Below are positions 17,650 to 26,407 of a DNA stretch of 64,000 nucleotides, piece by piece (within the stretch, counting starts at the first letter, position 1; every line of letters starts with the position of its first letter). The notes below the pieces were generated by a model. The model made no database searches and was not told the origin of the DNA. It worked only from the letters and a program-made list of their open reading frames with translations. The position numbers and the translations under genes are program-made. Source of the DNA: a virus; IMG/VR virus record IMGVR_UViG_3300009159_005447, positions 6,447 through 70,446 of that record; one strand, written 5' to 3'.

Positions 17650-17898
17650 TTACTTTTTTAGTCGGAATTTTTGTAGTACTTTATTAGCATCAGAGGTATC
17701 ACCGACCCCTTCGCTGTCAATGATGTCTAGTACCTGCTGTTCAAGTTCTGCACGGGCACGGGCAATCAGCTCAAGTGCGTAGGCCATATCATCACTGTCA
17801 CTTTGGTCCCAGAATCGCTCGAGTTCTTCGTTGCTGGTGTTGAGAATGAATTGCAGATTGTTGCGATCCCAATCATTGAATGACTTAAAGTTTCCCAT
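17650..17898 (-). CDS. hypothetical protein (start MGNFKS)
   Basis: GGAG SD; ATG at 17898. Confidence 0.65.
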   Translation of the reverse strand: MGNFKSFNDWDRNNLQFILNTSNEELERFWDQSDSDDMAYALELIARARAELEQQVLDIIDSEGVGDTSDANKVLQKFRLKK

Positions 17899-17899
17899 A

Positions 17900-18393
17900 T
17901 TAACTCCCTGTGGACAAAAATAGAATTGCCGGGTTGATTGAACTTTGCGTAAACGCCTCAATAAAAATATGATGGTTGTCTTTGCTGTTGCGGATCGCAG
18001 AGTCCGCGGCTACATACAATGCCTCCCAAGTGTTGCCAGTAACTGGAACAACAACGTCTTCACCGCCCAATGGTCTTTGTACACAACTTCAGTGGCACCG
18101 GTGTAAGGATGTTGGGCCTTAAGGTCGTCAACTTCGTAAACACTCCAGACGGCGCTCGCACCCAATTCTTGGCTGACATCACTGTAGTGATTGCTCTTAG
18201 CGTCAAAGTCTTGGTTGTCTTGTTGGTATGCACCAGCTAGGCCTTGCTCCATATCTCTAATGGCCGCGGCCAACTTGTCTGTGATGGGCTCCCGCACCAC
18301 ACCGCTGAGTGTGTCGTGGACACCGCGCATCTCACACAAGGCGTTATGAATGGCAGTAAACTCTTTGGCAGTTAATTTGACATCAGCGTACAT
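17900..18393 (-). pseudogene. hypothetical protein interrupted by an apparent 1-nt frameshift near 18066
   Basis: MYADVK...YKDHW continues in the -1 frame as GGEDVVVPVTGNTWEALYVAADSAIRNSKDNHHIFIEAF...STGS*, ending 1 nt before the next ATG. Confidence 0.55.
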
Positions 18394-18395
18394 AA

Positions 18396-18767
18396 TTAGG
18401 CCACCTTCTTGAAGTAACCGTAGGGCAGACCTACGCAAAAACAGAAATACTCAAAATCACCATTGGCGCCTTCGGCGTCCATCAACCAGGCAATCACTCG
18501 CTCGCGGTTGGTACCGGTGTGCATCAGGTTGGTAACACGGTCTTCAAAATCTACAATGGCTTTAGCCTCGGCGGCCCGGCGCTGGATAGCTTCGCGCTCG
18601 ATCACAAGGTTCAGATAGCCAAACTCCTTGAGGAAGTCAGCTTCGGTCCAAGTGGAGGTATCAACGCCACGTGGGCGAACACCGTAGGCATCCTTGTACA
18701 TATCCCAAAATTGGCACTGCATCTGTTCCAACACGGACATCTCTTCCCAGCTTTTGAAATCTTCCAT
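18396..18767 (-). CDS. hypothetical phage protein
   Basis: WDMYKDAYGVRPR motif; follows a promoter-RBS repeat. Confidence 0.75.
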   Translation of the reverse strand: MEDFKSWEEMSVLEQMQCQFWDMYKDAYGVRPRGVDTSTWTEADFLKEFGYLNLVIEREAIQRRAAEAKAIVDFEDRVTNLMHTGTNRERVIAWLMDAEGANGDFEYFCFCVGLPYGYFKKVA

Positions 18768-18772
18768 TTTGA

Positions 18773-18829
18773 ACTCCTTTTTGCTTACTATGCTAGTATT
18801 ATAGCACTTTCGGGCAGTTTGGTCAACCG
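18773..18829 (-). repeat. early promoter-RBS cassette, copy 3
   Basis: TTGACC-17-TATAAT ACTAGCATAGTAAGCAAAAAGGAG. Confidence 0.85.
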
Positions 18830-18844
18830 TTTTTTGTTGTTTTT

Positions 18845-19072
18845 TTACAACCCTACGCTCTTTTTAATTACGTAACGGGCAATTTTCTCGTCAAAGTACA
18901 TACGAACGCCATCTTTAACGGGATCTTGTACTACGATCTCACCTAGCTCTGTGGCAAGAGCTTGAGTGAAATTAAGTAGGATAGACCGAGTGTCTTCCAT
19001 TTGATCCAGTGGATCTCGGTCTAGAATCGCTTGGTAATCGTTGATTAGTTTTTCTATGTTTTGATGAATCAT
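18845..19072 (-). CDS. hypothetical protein
   Basis: AGGAG SD; tight packing. Confidence 0.6.
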   Translation of the reverse strand: MIHQNIEKLINDYQAILDRDPLDQMEDTRSILLNFTQALATELGEIVVQDPVKDGVRMYFDEKIARYVIKKSVGL

Positions 19073-19074
19073 TA

Positions 19075-19218
19075 TTAGACTCCTGTGTGAAAAGGATTAC
19101 GTCGACGCAAATGAGCCACAGCGGCTTCTTTGGTTTCAAAACGTCCACTGATGGGCGTTTGGTGTGCGCCACGTACAATGTACCAACCACCCAATAAACC
19201 GTTATAGATAACTTTCAT
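19075..19218 (-). CDS. small hypothetical protein (start MKVIYN)
   Basis: GGAG SD; tight packing. Confidence 0.6.
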   Translation of the reverse strand: MKVIYNGLLGGWYIVRGAHQTPISGRFETKEAAVAHLRRRNPFHTGV

Positions 19219-19219
19219 A

Positions 19220-19498
19220 TCAATTGCTCCAAAATGCTTCGCTGTCAACCCGGCAAGCCCAAGGTGTGTCAGCATCAATTTCTACGTCTTTACCTGTCAT
19301 CAAATTGCGAACAGTGATCTTGGGTGCAACATAAGTATCACGAGCAACAATGCTCAGGTCACCAGCTGACCAACCTGCCTTTTTGCAAAGACGAGTGCGA
19401 GTAGCACGGGCGGCACCATAGCTCTTGTATGCACGGCTCTTGTTAGGACCGTCTGTAACAATAAGACCGGTACCTTTTGCGACGATTACGTATGACAT
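19220..19498 (-). CDS. hypothetical protein (start MSYVIV)
   Basis: Behind promoter-RBS repeat; VRNLMTGKDVEIDADTPWAC...SEAFW. Confidence 0.7.
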   Translation of the reverse strand: MSYVIVAKGTGLIVTDGPNKSRAYKSYGAARATRTRLCKKAGWSAGDLSIVARDTYVAPKITVRNLMTGKDVEIDADTPWACRVDSEAFWSN

Positions 19499-19504
19499 AT
19501 TTGA

Positions 19505-19560
19505 CTCCTTTTTGCTTACTATGCTAGTATTATAGCGCATTTCGGGCTTTTGGGCAACCG
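19505..19560 (-). repeat. early promoter-RBS cassette, copy 4
   Basis: TTGCCC-17-TATAAT ACTAGCATAGTAAGCAAAAAGGAG. Confidence 0.8.
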
Positions 19561-19592
19561 AAATTTTGTTGTTTTTTAGCAACAAACTGCTA

Positions 19593-19850
19593 TTATTCTG
19601 CGGTGTTGTATTCAAACAACACCCATTTAGCACGATTTAGCAGTTGACGCTGGCTTTCGATGGTTTCAAAAGATGGTTGCTTATAGGCCATCATTTCTTG
19701 TGCATCGCTGAGCAGGCTGGCTACAATCATTGACGGGCCTGACAATTTAAAAGTGATCGACGATTCGATGTTTCTACGCATATCTTGCTCGGTGCAACCA
19801 TACATAGAAACTTCACGTTTTTCGCGTTCTGTCAAAATAACTTTAGTCAT
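19593..19850 (-). CDS. hypothetical protein
   Basis: AAGGAG SD and its own sigma70 promoter (about 19858-19915). Confidence 0.7.
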   Translation of the reverse strand: MTKVILTEREKREVSMYGCTEQDMRRNIESSITFKLSGPSMIVASLLSDAQEMMAYKQPSFETIESQRQLLNRAKWVLFEYNTAE

Positions 19851-19946
19851 TTACTAGCTCCTTTTTGTTAACGTATGCCCATATTATAGCAGGAAACGGA
19901 TAACCCTGTCAACCGAACGGGTATTGTCAATATCAGTACTAAAGTA

Positions 19947-20159
19947 CTACTTTTTGTGATTTGCCGCTAGTAGCGCAATAATATCCTGTTGCAAAAAAGC
20001 AACATCCTCGTTACTGACGTAAAAATCAGTAGTAGGATCGTAGTACTGGCCCTCTTTTGGGTCATAATACAGTACTTGGCCGTTGGGATAATGAAACGGG
20101 CCTTCTAACCCTTTGCGGGTGCCATACTCTTTTTCATTTTTAAAAACGACATAGGACAT
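19947..20159 (-). CDS. hypothetical phage protein (start MSYVVF)
   Basis: GLEGPF...LYYDPKEGQYYDPTTDFYV; GGAG SD; sigma70 promoter upstream. Confidence 0.7.
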   Translation of the reverse strand: MSYVVFKNEKEYGTRKGLEGPFHYPNGQVLYYDPKEGQYYDPTTDFYVSNEDVAFLQQDIIALLAANHKK

Positions 20160-20211
20160 AGCGGACTCCAAAGTGGTTAAGCCCGTATTATAGCAGAAAC
20201 GAGTAGCTCTG

Positions 20212-21114
20212 TCAACCTCGGGGTTTTGTCACTGTCCAAGCCCGGAATTCTTGCTTTTGAGGCTCTAAGTTTTCGGGTCTGACCGTACGCCAACCGGGCT
20301 CTAGTCGCTCACTTTGATCGCAGTCTTGACGCCAGGCAGTTTCCCAAACGCCGCTGTTTACTTCCCACGCTTCATTTGGGTAATCAAGATCTTGATATTT
20401 AAACACGTGGCAACGAGTGGTTGCATCATCGACGGGTCTGTTGACCATAACAAATACTGCACCCGGTTGCCATTCAAACATAGTGCCATCGTATTGTGCA
20501 AGCCAGGCCGCAGAGCAGGCTAGGTTTCTATGTTTAGTGTACTGTGTCCATTGGCTATCTTCTGCTGGTGCACCGGGAACATATTGTATGCTACCGCCAT
20601 TCCAAGTTGACCACTTAATCTTTCGCACATCGGGAACATCAATTTTATCGTACAATCCAGGATGCACCATTGGAATATGATCTATGTCTAAAAATAGATC
20701 CATAATTGGAGTGGAATTACTTTTAACAATGTCTTGTCGATATTCAACCAGCTTGTAGTTCCCAGTAACATTGAAGTCTACAGGTACTGGCTCACTGAAC
20801 AAGAATCCGGACCATTCGTATACTTGTTGTGTTGACAACGTATCTTTGTTTTTACATTTAATTGTAGATTCTGCGTGACCTACTGTGCCGCTGCCAACGG
20901 GTGCGCCATCTTTGGACCAGCTATATCCGTGATACGGGCAGACTGGGGCTAACCCGCGGCCCAGGCCAGATCGTATACGGCTCCCTTGGTGAGTACACAA
21001 ATTGCTTTGTAATTTAAAAACGCCATCATCATTTAACAATGCCTGTGTGTTTTCTGTTTGTTCAAGTACTTGCCAGTGTCCAGTTTCAATATCGTTCTTG
21101 TGTGATAAGAACAT
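20212..21114 (-). CDS. Rieske non-heme iron oxygenase, alpha subunit-like
   Basis: CTHQG...CPYHG [2Fe-2S] ligands; DIDHIPMVH mononuclear Fe motif. Confidence 0.85.
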   Translation of the reverse strand: MFLSHKNDIETGHWQVLEQTENTQALLNDDGVFKLQSNLCTHQGSRIRSGLGRGLAPVCPYHGYSWSKDGAPVGSGTVGHAESTIKCKNKDTLSTQQVYEWSGFLFSEPVPVDFNVTGNYKLVEYRQDIVKSNSTPIMDLFLDIDHIPMVHPGLYDKIDVPDVRKIKWSTWNGGSIQYVPGAPAEDSQWTQYTKHRNLACSAAWLAQYDGTMFEWQPGAVFVMVNRPVDDATTRCHVFKYQDLDYPNEAWEVNSGVWETAWRQDCDQSERLEPGWRTVRPENLEPQKQEFRAWTVTKPRG

Positions 21115-21136
21115 TTACACCTCTTTGTTTATGTAT

Positions 21137-21844
21137 TTATTTGAGCGACAAAGTGGCGTCTACGAACCGGTCATAGCCCTTGCGTAGATTATCAATATAG
21201 CCTAAGTTTCTAAGTACTTTAAAGGCTAAATTTTCAGTGCTAAATTCACCAGCGGCCTCTAAGCCGTTTTGGCGCATACGATATACTTTCTCAATGGCCT
21301 GTTTGTAATCGTCGGGGTTTCGTGCAGATCTAACAGTCTGAGTGATTAGGTCCATCATTACTTGTACCTTGCGATCTACGGCACGTTTGTCCACAGTGGG
21401 CGGCATATACCCTGGTTTAGTAATCCATTGATTATCCAGAACACTAAACATACCAGCACTATGTGGTGGCTTGGCTGTGTCTTCGATATACAGTTCTACA
21501 TCGTGTCCGTTGATGGTTATATCGTGATTGTCGTTCCAAATTGTTTTCTTTGCCTTGTACAATGCTTCGGCAATGTTATCGCAATTTAATTTGCTATAGT
21601 CTGTGACAATGTGCAAATCAAAGTCGCTGAATTTGGTCCAATTGAAATTGGCCAGGCTTCCGGTTAATCTAACGTCGTCGACGTCAAAGTCGGGCAAGTC
21701 CAAGTAGTCAACAAAGAGTTCAGCAATGTCTAATAATCGCTCGTGAACTTTGGGCAACATTGTCCACTCGTCCCAGGCCGCCGGGCTTAGGTGAGGATGG
21801 TACTGTATGTTGCCTTTTAATAAATCAAGTTCTGTCAATTTCAT
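21137..21844 (-). CDS. Pol-beta-superfamily nucleotidyltransferase
   Basis: LTGSLANFNWTKFSDFDLHI (GS..DxD), VELY. Confidence 0.75.
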   Translation of the reverse strand: MKLTELDLLKGNIQYHPHLSPAAWDEWTMLPKVHERLLDIAELFVDYLDLPDFDVDDVRLTGSLANFNWTKFSDFDLHIVTDYSKLNCDNIAEALYKAKKTIWNDNHDITINGHDVELYIEDTAKPPHSAGMFSVLDNQWITKPGYMPPTVDKRAVDRKVQVMMDLITQTVRSARNPDDYKQAIEKVYRMRQNGLEAAGEFSTENLAFKVLRNLGYIDNLRKGYDRFVDATLSLK

Positions 21845-22896
21845 TGTGGCATTCTATTGGCTATAACAGTGCCAACGTCCAAGTAGTCAGCTAACCATTC
21901 TGGATCTCGTTCGACTTCAAAGCCTTTAAAATCAAAGGGTTTGCCAGTATTGGTTTTACTGATCATTAAGTCTCCTGGGTCTGCATCCTCGGGTAATCTT
22001 ATCAGCATAGGCATAGTGTTACTGGTGTACTTTTTGCGATAAGGCAATACGTGACCAAAGCAAGGTCCGGTGGCGGCTCTGTATAAAGAGTCCCATTCAA
22101 ATCCTAGTATAACGCCGGATTGATATCTATTACCATCAATGATACTGGGTATTGGGCCAAATGATTCTACAAAAACAGTTGCATTGCGATCGTTGGGAAA
22201 CTGTGGATATACCATTACAGGCATCTCTCCAAGGAATCCTTCTGCGGCTTTGGTAACAATCAAATATCGACCTTTCATACCAGTACGAAACTCTATGGGC
22301 AACAGTCCCAGTCCAGTAGGATCTTCTATAGTGTCTTCTTGGAATCCTGGCATATCTTCAAAGTAGGCACTGGCAAATCCATAGTCGGTCATTAATCCGT
22401 TGGGGAAATTTTCTCCCGGGCGATATATAGTGCCTGGTAATCTTTTGTTGTAGTAGTTGGGGATATAACCAGATGAAAGTTCTATTTTAATTTCTTGGCT
22501 TAATCTTTCTATTCCCACACTGTCTTCTTCAGAAAAATCAAATACAAAAGGATGATGCTGTCGTTCGTTGCTTTTACCCACGTACAAATCGGGTCTTGGA
22601 TCGTAGGTAGTATAAGCAAATTCGTATTCATTAATGTCAACAATGTCTGTTGCTACCTTGTTAGGATAACCGGGCATACGTCCCTTATACTTTACTGTAA
22701 TACTGCAATTGGTTGTTTCGGTTACCTCGTGGTCACCGCCAAAGCTGGTATTACTAAGAATAGAATACACACCCGGCGGGTATGCTCCTAGGCACTCAAG
22801 AGTATAAGGAGCATAGCTGGTATCTCCACCAGTCCAGTGTAGATTGCGGACTACCTTAACTCTTGGGGGTAAACGATATTGTACAATTAAGCTCAT
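21841..22896 (-). CDS. hypothetical protein
   Basis: 351-aa ORF translationally coupled to its neighbours. Confidence 0.7.
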   Translation of the reverse strand: MSLIVQYRLPPRVKVVRNLHWTGGDTSYAPYTLECLGAYPPGVYSILSNTSFGGDHEVTETTNCSITVKYKGRMPGYPNKVATDIVDINEYEFAYTTYDPRPDLYVGKSNERQHHPFVFDFSEEDSVGIERLSQEIKIELSSGYIPNYYNKRLPGTIYRPGENFPNGLMTDYGFASAYFEDMPGFQEDTIEDPTGLGLLPIEFRTGMKGRYLIVTKAAEGFLGEMPVMVYPQFPNDRNATVFVESFGPIPSIIDGNRYQSGVILGFEWDSLYRAATGPCFGHVLPYRKKYTSNTMPMLIRLPEDADPGDLMISKTNTGKPFDFKGFEVERDPEWLADYLDVGTVIANRMPQ

Positions 22897-22897
22897 A

Positions 22898-25465
22898 TTA
22901 ACTCATTATTGGCACAACTTCAACATCTGTTCCGTGCTCGTAGTCGTGGTCTCTTTGCCAATTTTCAGCAACACGATTGGCGTCTGATTGATTGTTGCCT
23001 ATGCCACTGAAGCGATGTACTTCTTCACCATCAACTAATACTTGCCAGGCGCCTGTGAATGCACCGCCAGCGGCACGTTGTTGCGCTAGGTCTGTTGTGC
23101 TTCCTGGAGTGGGTGTTGTCTGAGACGTTGGAACTAATGCATAACCTCGGCGATCACCGCCCATTTGTTCTAACCATCGATCAAACTTCATACCTGCTTG
23201 CATTGCACCGCCTGCCTGGAACGTATGCACTACACTACCATCTGCTCTTCTTATAATCTTATAATTATCGGCTGGTGTGGGAGTTCGAGCAAGTTCTAAA
23301 TCTGGCTCAATGTCAGTTATGCCCGCAGACTGCCCAGGCTGACCAAGGCTTTGATTTGGATCAGACACAAAGTTCCACTCAATGCCACTTCCGCGATTAG
23401 CTTCAATCCACTGTCTTAGTACTAGTAAAGCGTCGTTATTGTCAAAAGCCATATAACGATATACTGGTGTTCGTGGCGCCCGATTATTAACAATAACCCA
23501 GTTTCCATCGGGGTTACTTCGACGGCCGCCGAGTGTCGGGCCCTGCGATTGGCCAACTGCGCCAGCTGGGACAGGTTCACCTGCTCGGGCACTAACCGGC
23601 TGGTTGCCAACTTGTCTAATGCCAAACATATCGGCTGCTTGGAACCGTAGTAAACGGTGAGGGCCGTGTGCAATATAATCCTGCAAGTATTCTGTTGCCG
23701 TGTTGTCATCGGTGACAAAATTTGGTGGAATACTTTCCACAGCATTGCCAGTCTGTTTGTTGTAAATTTCGTAACGCGGTGCTTCGTATGGACGCAAAGG
23801 TGTTGCAGTTATGTTGGTTGCACGAGCCCAGTCTGGGTATTCTGAACGACCTTTTTCTATTGCTTCTTGTTCGCTTGACGCAACAACCTGTACACTAGCA
23901 CCAAATCCGGGACGACCCACCGACCACCACATTTTTTTACCGTTGGGTTCTTTCTTCAAACTACGTTCGAGTTGTGCCTGTTTAATAAAACTCTTTAATG
24001 CAGCCTGCGGTAATTCTCCAGCGGCATACTTGGCAAAATAAGCCAATGTATTTGTGCGGTCCAAATCGTTGCCAGCCAACAACTTGTAAAGTTTCTTGGC
24101 GTATTCTTCTTTGTATTTTGTTTCATCTACTGCGGCGTCCATTGCAACAGCAAAGCGCAATAGTGTATTTTCAATTTTGCCTTGACCTGCGGCTAGTTCG
24201 CCTAGCCAATCGCCACCAGGGCTACGAAATTCAATATAACCATCCTTGGTGTTGATACTGGTATACTTGCTGGTACTACCACTGTGGATTAATTTTGCGG
24301 CACTGGTATTTAAGTGCCCTTTCATTTTATCTAATAGCAGTTTAACATCTTCTGGACGCTGTTTGATATTGTCTTTGACAATCTTCAGAGCACTCTTGCA
24401 GTAGGTATTGCCTGCACGGCCAAATTGGTCTAGAACATATTCATCGCCCATTAGTATAGCAAGTTTAACATAGTCTAAGTTTTCTAATCCGCCTTGCCAT
24501 TTTGGAACGCTGACGTTGATGTGTAGACCAGTGCTGTCATTGGTATAGCAACCTGTTTGTGCCGCCCACTTTTCAACCTTCTTCAAGTCACTTAATAGTT
24601 CGTCTAAGGGCAACGCTGGACTAACAAATTCTAATCCGCCATCGCCGGGTTCATCAGCTTCGAGGCTACCGTCGGGTTCTACTAAGTAGTGCAACTCTGT
24701 GGCGCTGGGTCTTGTTACGCTACGACTATGGTAGTTGCCACTAGCTTCAACAGCTCGGCCAATGGCACGACCAAAACTGTCTGCGGTGTCTTCGACGCTG
24801 ACTCCGCCCCCTGAACTCGGGGTATAGTAATGTGGCCAAGAGATAGTGTAATTGTTAGCAACATCTTGCATAGTAGAAAGTCCTGCGTGTTCTAACCATT
24901 CGTCTTCTTTGTCGGAGTCGTTGAAGTAATCTCCCTGTGCGTCCTCACGGGCCTGATCGTACCAATAATTTCCATATCCTTCGCCAATGATTACATCCAC
25001 AGCTTCAGCAACTTCTTTTTTACCATAATTATCTTTGGTATCTTCGTCGTCTTCTTCTCTGCCTAGAATTTCTGCAATCTCGTCGTTGCTGGCATTTTCT
25101 TTGAGATAGTTATATATAAACTCTGCTTCGTCACTGTCCCAGCGACTATCAAAATCTTCTCCTAACCACTCGGTGTATTGTTCGCGCATTGCGTTAACTA
25201 AGTCTTGGCAATCCCTACGACTATTATAATCGCCATCGTAGAAGAAATCATAAGCATCTTGAATACTGCGTATACTTTCGTCTGAGTCATAGTCCGGCTC
25301 TGGGTACTCATCCTCGTCATCTTGTGCGGCGCCGGGAACAATCATTTCAAATTCCATACCTGCTCTAGCGCCAATTTGGCTAGCGGCACGACGAAGCCCT
25401 GTGGGGCTCATATTGATTTCAAATAGATCCTGGTCTTCGTTAATTAATAAATCTGTAGCTCTCAT
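22898..25465 (-). CDS. putative amidoligase (Amidoligase_2-like) with repeated C-terminal modules
   Basis: GMEFE, DGSL, GLEFVSP, STGLHINVS, KYTSIN, IEFRSPGG. Confidence 0.75.
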   Translation of the reverse strand: MRATDLLINEDQDLFEINMSPTGLRRAASQIGARAGMEFEMIVPGAAQDDEDEYPEPDYDSDESIRSIQDAYDFFYDGDYNSRRDCQDLVNAMREQYTEWLGEDFDSRWDSDEAEFIYNYLKENASNDEIAEILGREEDDEDTKDNYGKKEVAEAVDVIIGEGYGNYWYDQAREDAQGDYFNDSDKEDEWLEHAGLSTMQDVANNYTISWPHYYTPSSGGGVSVEDTADSFGRAIGRAVEASGNYHSRSVTRPSATELHYLVEPDGSLEADEPGDGGLEFVSPALPLDELLSDLKKVEKWAAQTGCYTNDSTGLHINVSVPKWQGGLENLDYVKLAILMGDEYVLDQFGRAGNTYCKSALKIVKDNIKQRPEDVKLLLDKMKGHLNTSAAKLIHSGSTSKYTSINTKDGYIEFRSPGGDWLGELAAGQGKIENTLLRFAVAMDAAVDETKYKEEYAKKLYKLLAGNDLDRTNTLAYFAKYAAGELPQAALKSFIKQAQLERSLKKEPNGKKMWWSVGRPGFGASVQVVASSEQEAIEKGRSEYPDWARATNITATPLRPYEAPRYEIYNKQTGNAVESIPPNFVTDDNTATEYLQDYIAHGPHRLLRFQAADMFGIRQVGNQPVSARAGEPVPAGAVGQSQGPTLGGRRSNPDGNWVIVNNRAPRTPVYRYMAFDNNDALLVLRQWIEANRGSGIEWNFVSDPNQSLGQPGQSAGITDIEPDLELARTPTPADNYKIIRRADGSVVHTFQAGGAMQAGMKFDRWLEQMGGDRRGYALVPTSQTTPTPGSTTDLAQQRAAGGAFTGAWQVLVDGEEVHRFSGIGNNQSDANRVAENWQRDHDYEHGTDVEVVPIMS

Positions 25466-25656
25466 TATCGTTTAACCTGATGTTGTCTTTTGCCTATGGG
25501 CTTGGTGGGAAAATATGCCGCAATTTGTTTAGCAGGAGTGTTGGGTCGCACATCAACAGTCAAGCTGGTGCTGTAACGTGGATCGTTTTTTTGTTTATTA
25601 TTTGCAATTACGCCCACTCCTGCGGCGTCTTCGCGCACGATTTCGTTAACTCGCAT
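25465..25656 (-). CDS. small hypothetical protein (start MRVNEIVRE)
   Basis: TAAATA upstream; stop overlaps the amidoligase start. Confidence 0.6.
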   Translation of the reverse strand: MRVNEIVREDAAGVGVIANNKQKNDPRYSTSLTVDVRPNTPAKQIAAYFPTKPIGKRQHQVKR

Positions 25657-25699
25657 TGGTATCTTTCCTATATACCTAGTATTTAGTGCGAGTACGAAG

Positions 25700-26311
25700 T
25701 TAGTCTTTTGATGTATATTTGTAGTTAACCATCCAACCGTAGCTTTGCTCTTGACGCATATCGCTGTCATCTGCGTTGGGAATGATTCTGTAAACAGTTG
25801 CGCCGTTGCCTAAATGGAACTTGGCCACAGGATCTCTGCCGCGTTCTAGCAGTGCTTTTATCTGGTCTTCTTCTGTTGGGGGCTCTGGGAAATGACGCTT
25901 TAAACTAGGAATAGGACTCATTGTTACAAAGTTAGTGACGCTGGGTAAATTGGTGCGAATCCATTCCCCAGCGGCATTGATTAGTTCTGCACCTACATTT
26001 TTAATTTCGGAAACAACATCAGTTCTAAACACGCTGTAAAAGATGGCGTGAGTTGCTTCGCGCAGGCTTACCAAGGGCTGATGGATGTCAAACAAATGGT
26101 TAATGTTACCTGGCAGTCCGTTGGTAAATGCAACACACAGTACGCCAACAATGGCTCCATTGGCTACCAAGAAAAAGATGTTACGATCTTCTCTGGTACG
26201 AACATCAATTGGTCTAACTTCGTAATCGTGCACCGGATCCTGCTTGACATATTCAAGCATATCAATTTGAAATTTTGGATCACGTAAGTGTAGAAGTTCT
26301 TTGCCGGTCAT
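25700..26311 (-). CDS. malonyl-CoA decarboxylase catalytic-domain-like protein
   Basis: AIFYS, FVTMSPIP, DPVAKFHLGNGA, SYGWMVNY. Confidence 0.75.
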   Translation of the reverse strand: MTGKELLHLRDPKFQIDMLEYVKQDPVHDYEVRPIDVRTREDRNIFFLVANGAIVGVLCVAFTNGLPGNINHLFDIHQPLVSLREATHAIFYSVFRTDVVSEIKNVGAELINAAGEWIRTNLPSVTNFVTMSPIPSLKRHFPEPPTEEDQIKALLERGRDPVAKFHLGNGATVYRIIPNADDSDMRQEQSYGWMVNYKYTSKD

Positions 26312-26407
26312 AAAAATACCTGTGTTTTGAGATGTACACAGGTATTTATTATAACAGCTTATTTTAACATTTAAAAGAAGATAATTACTCGACTGAAGTA
26401 TTATGCG

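Noticed and set aside
17068-19560. Repeats as a possible CRISPR array or integron attC array
   Set aside because: Spacing is 480-1200 bp and irregular, the repeats are promoter+SD sequences without palindromic attC structure, and no cas or integrase gene is in the window
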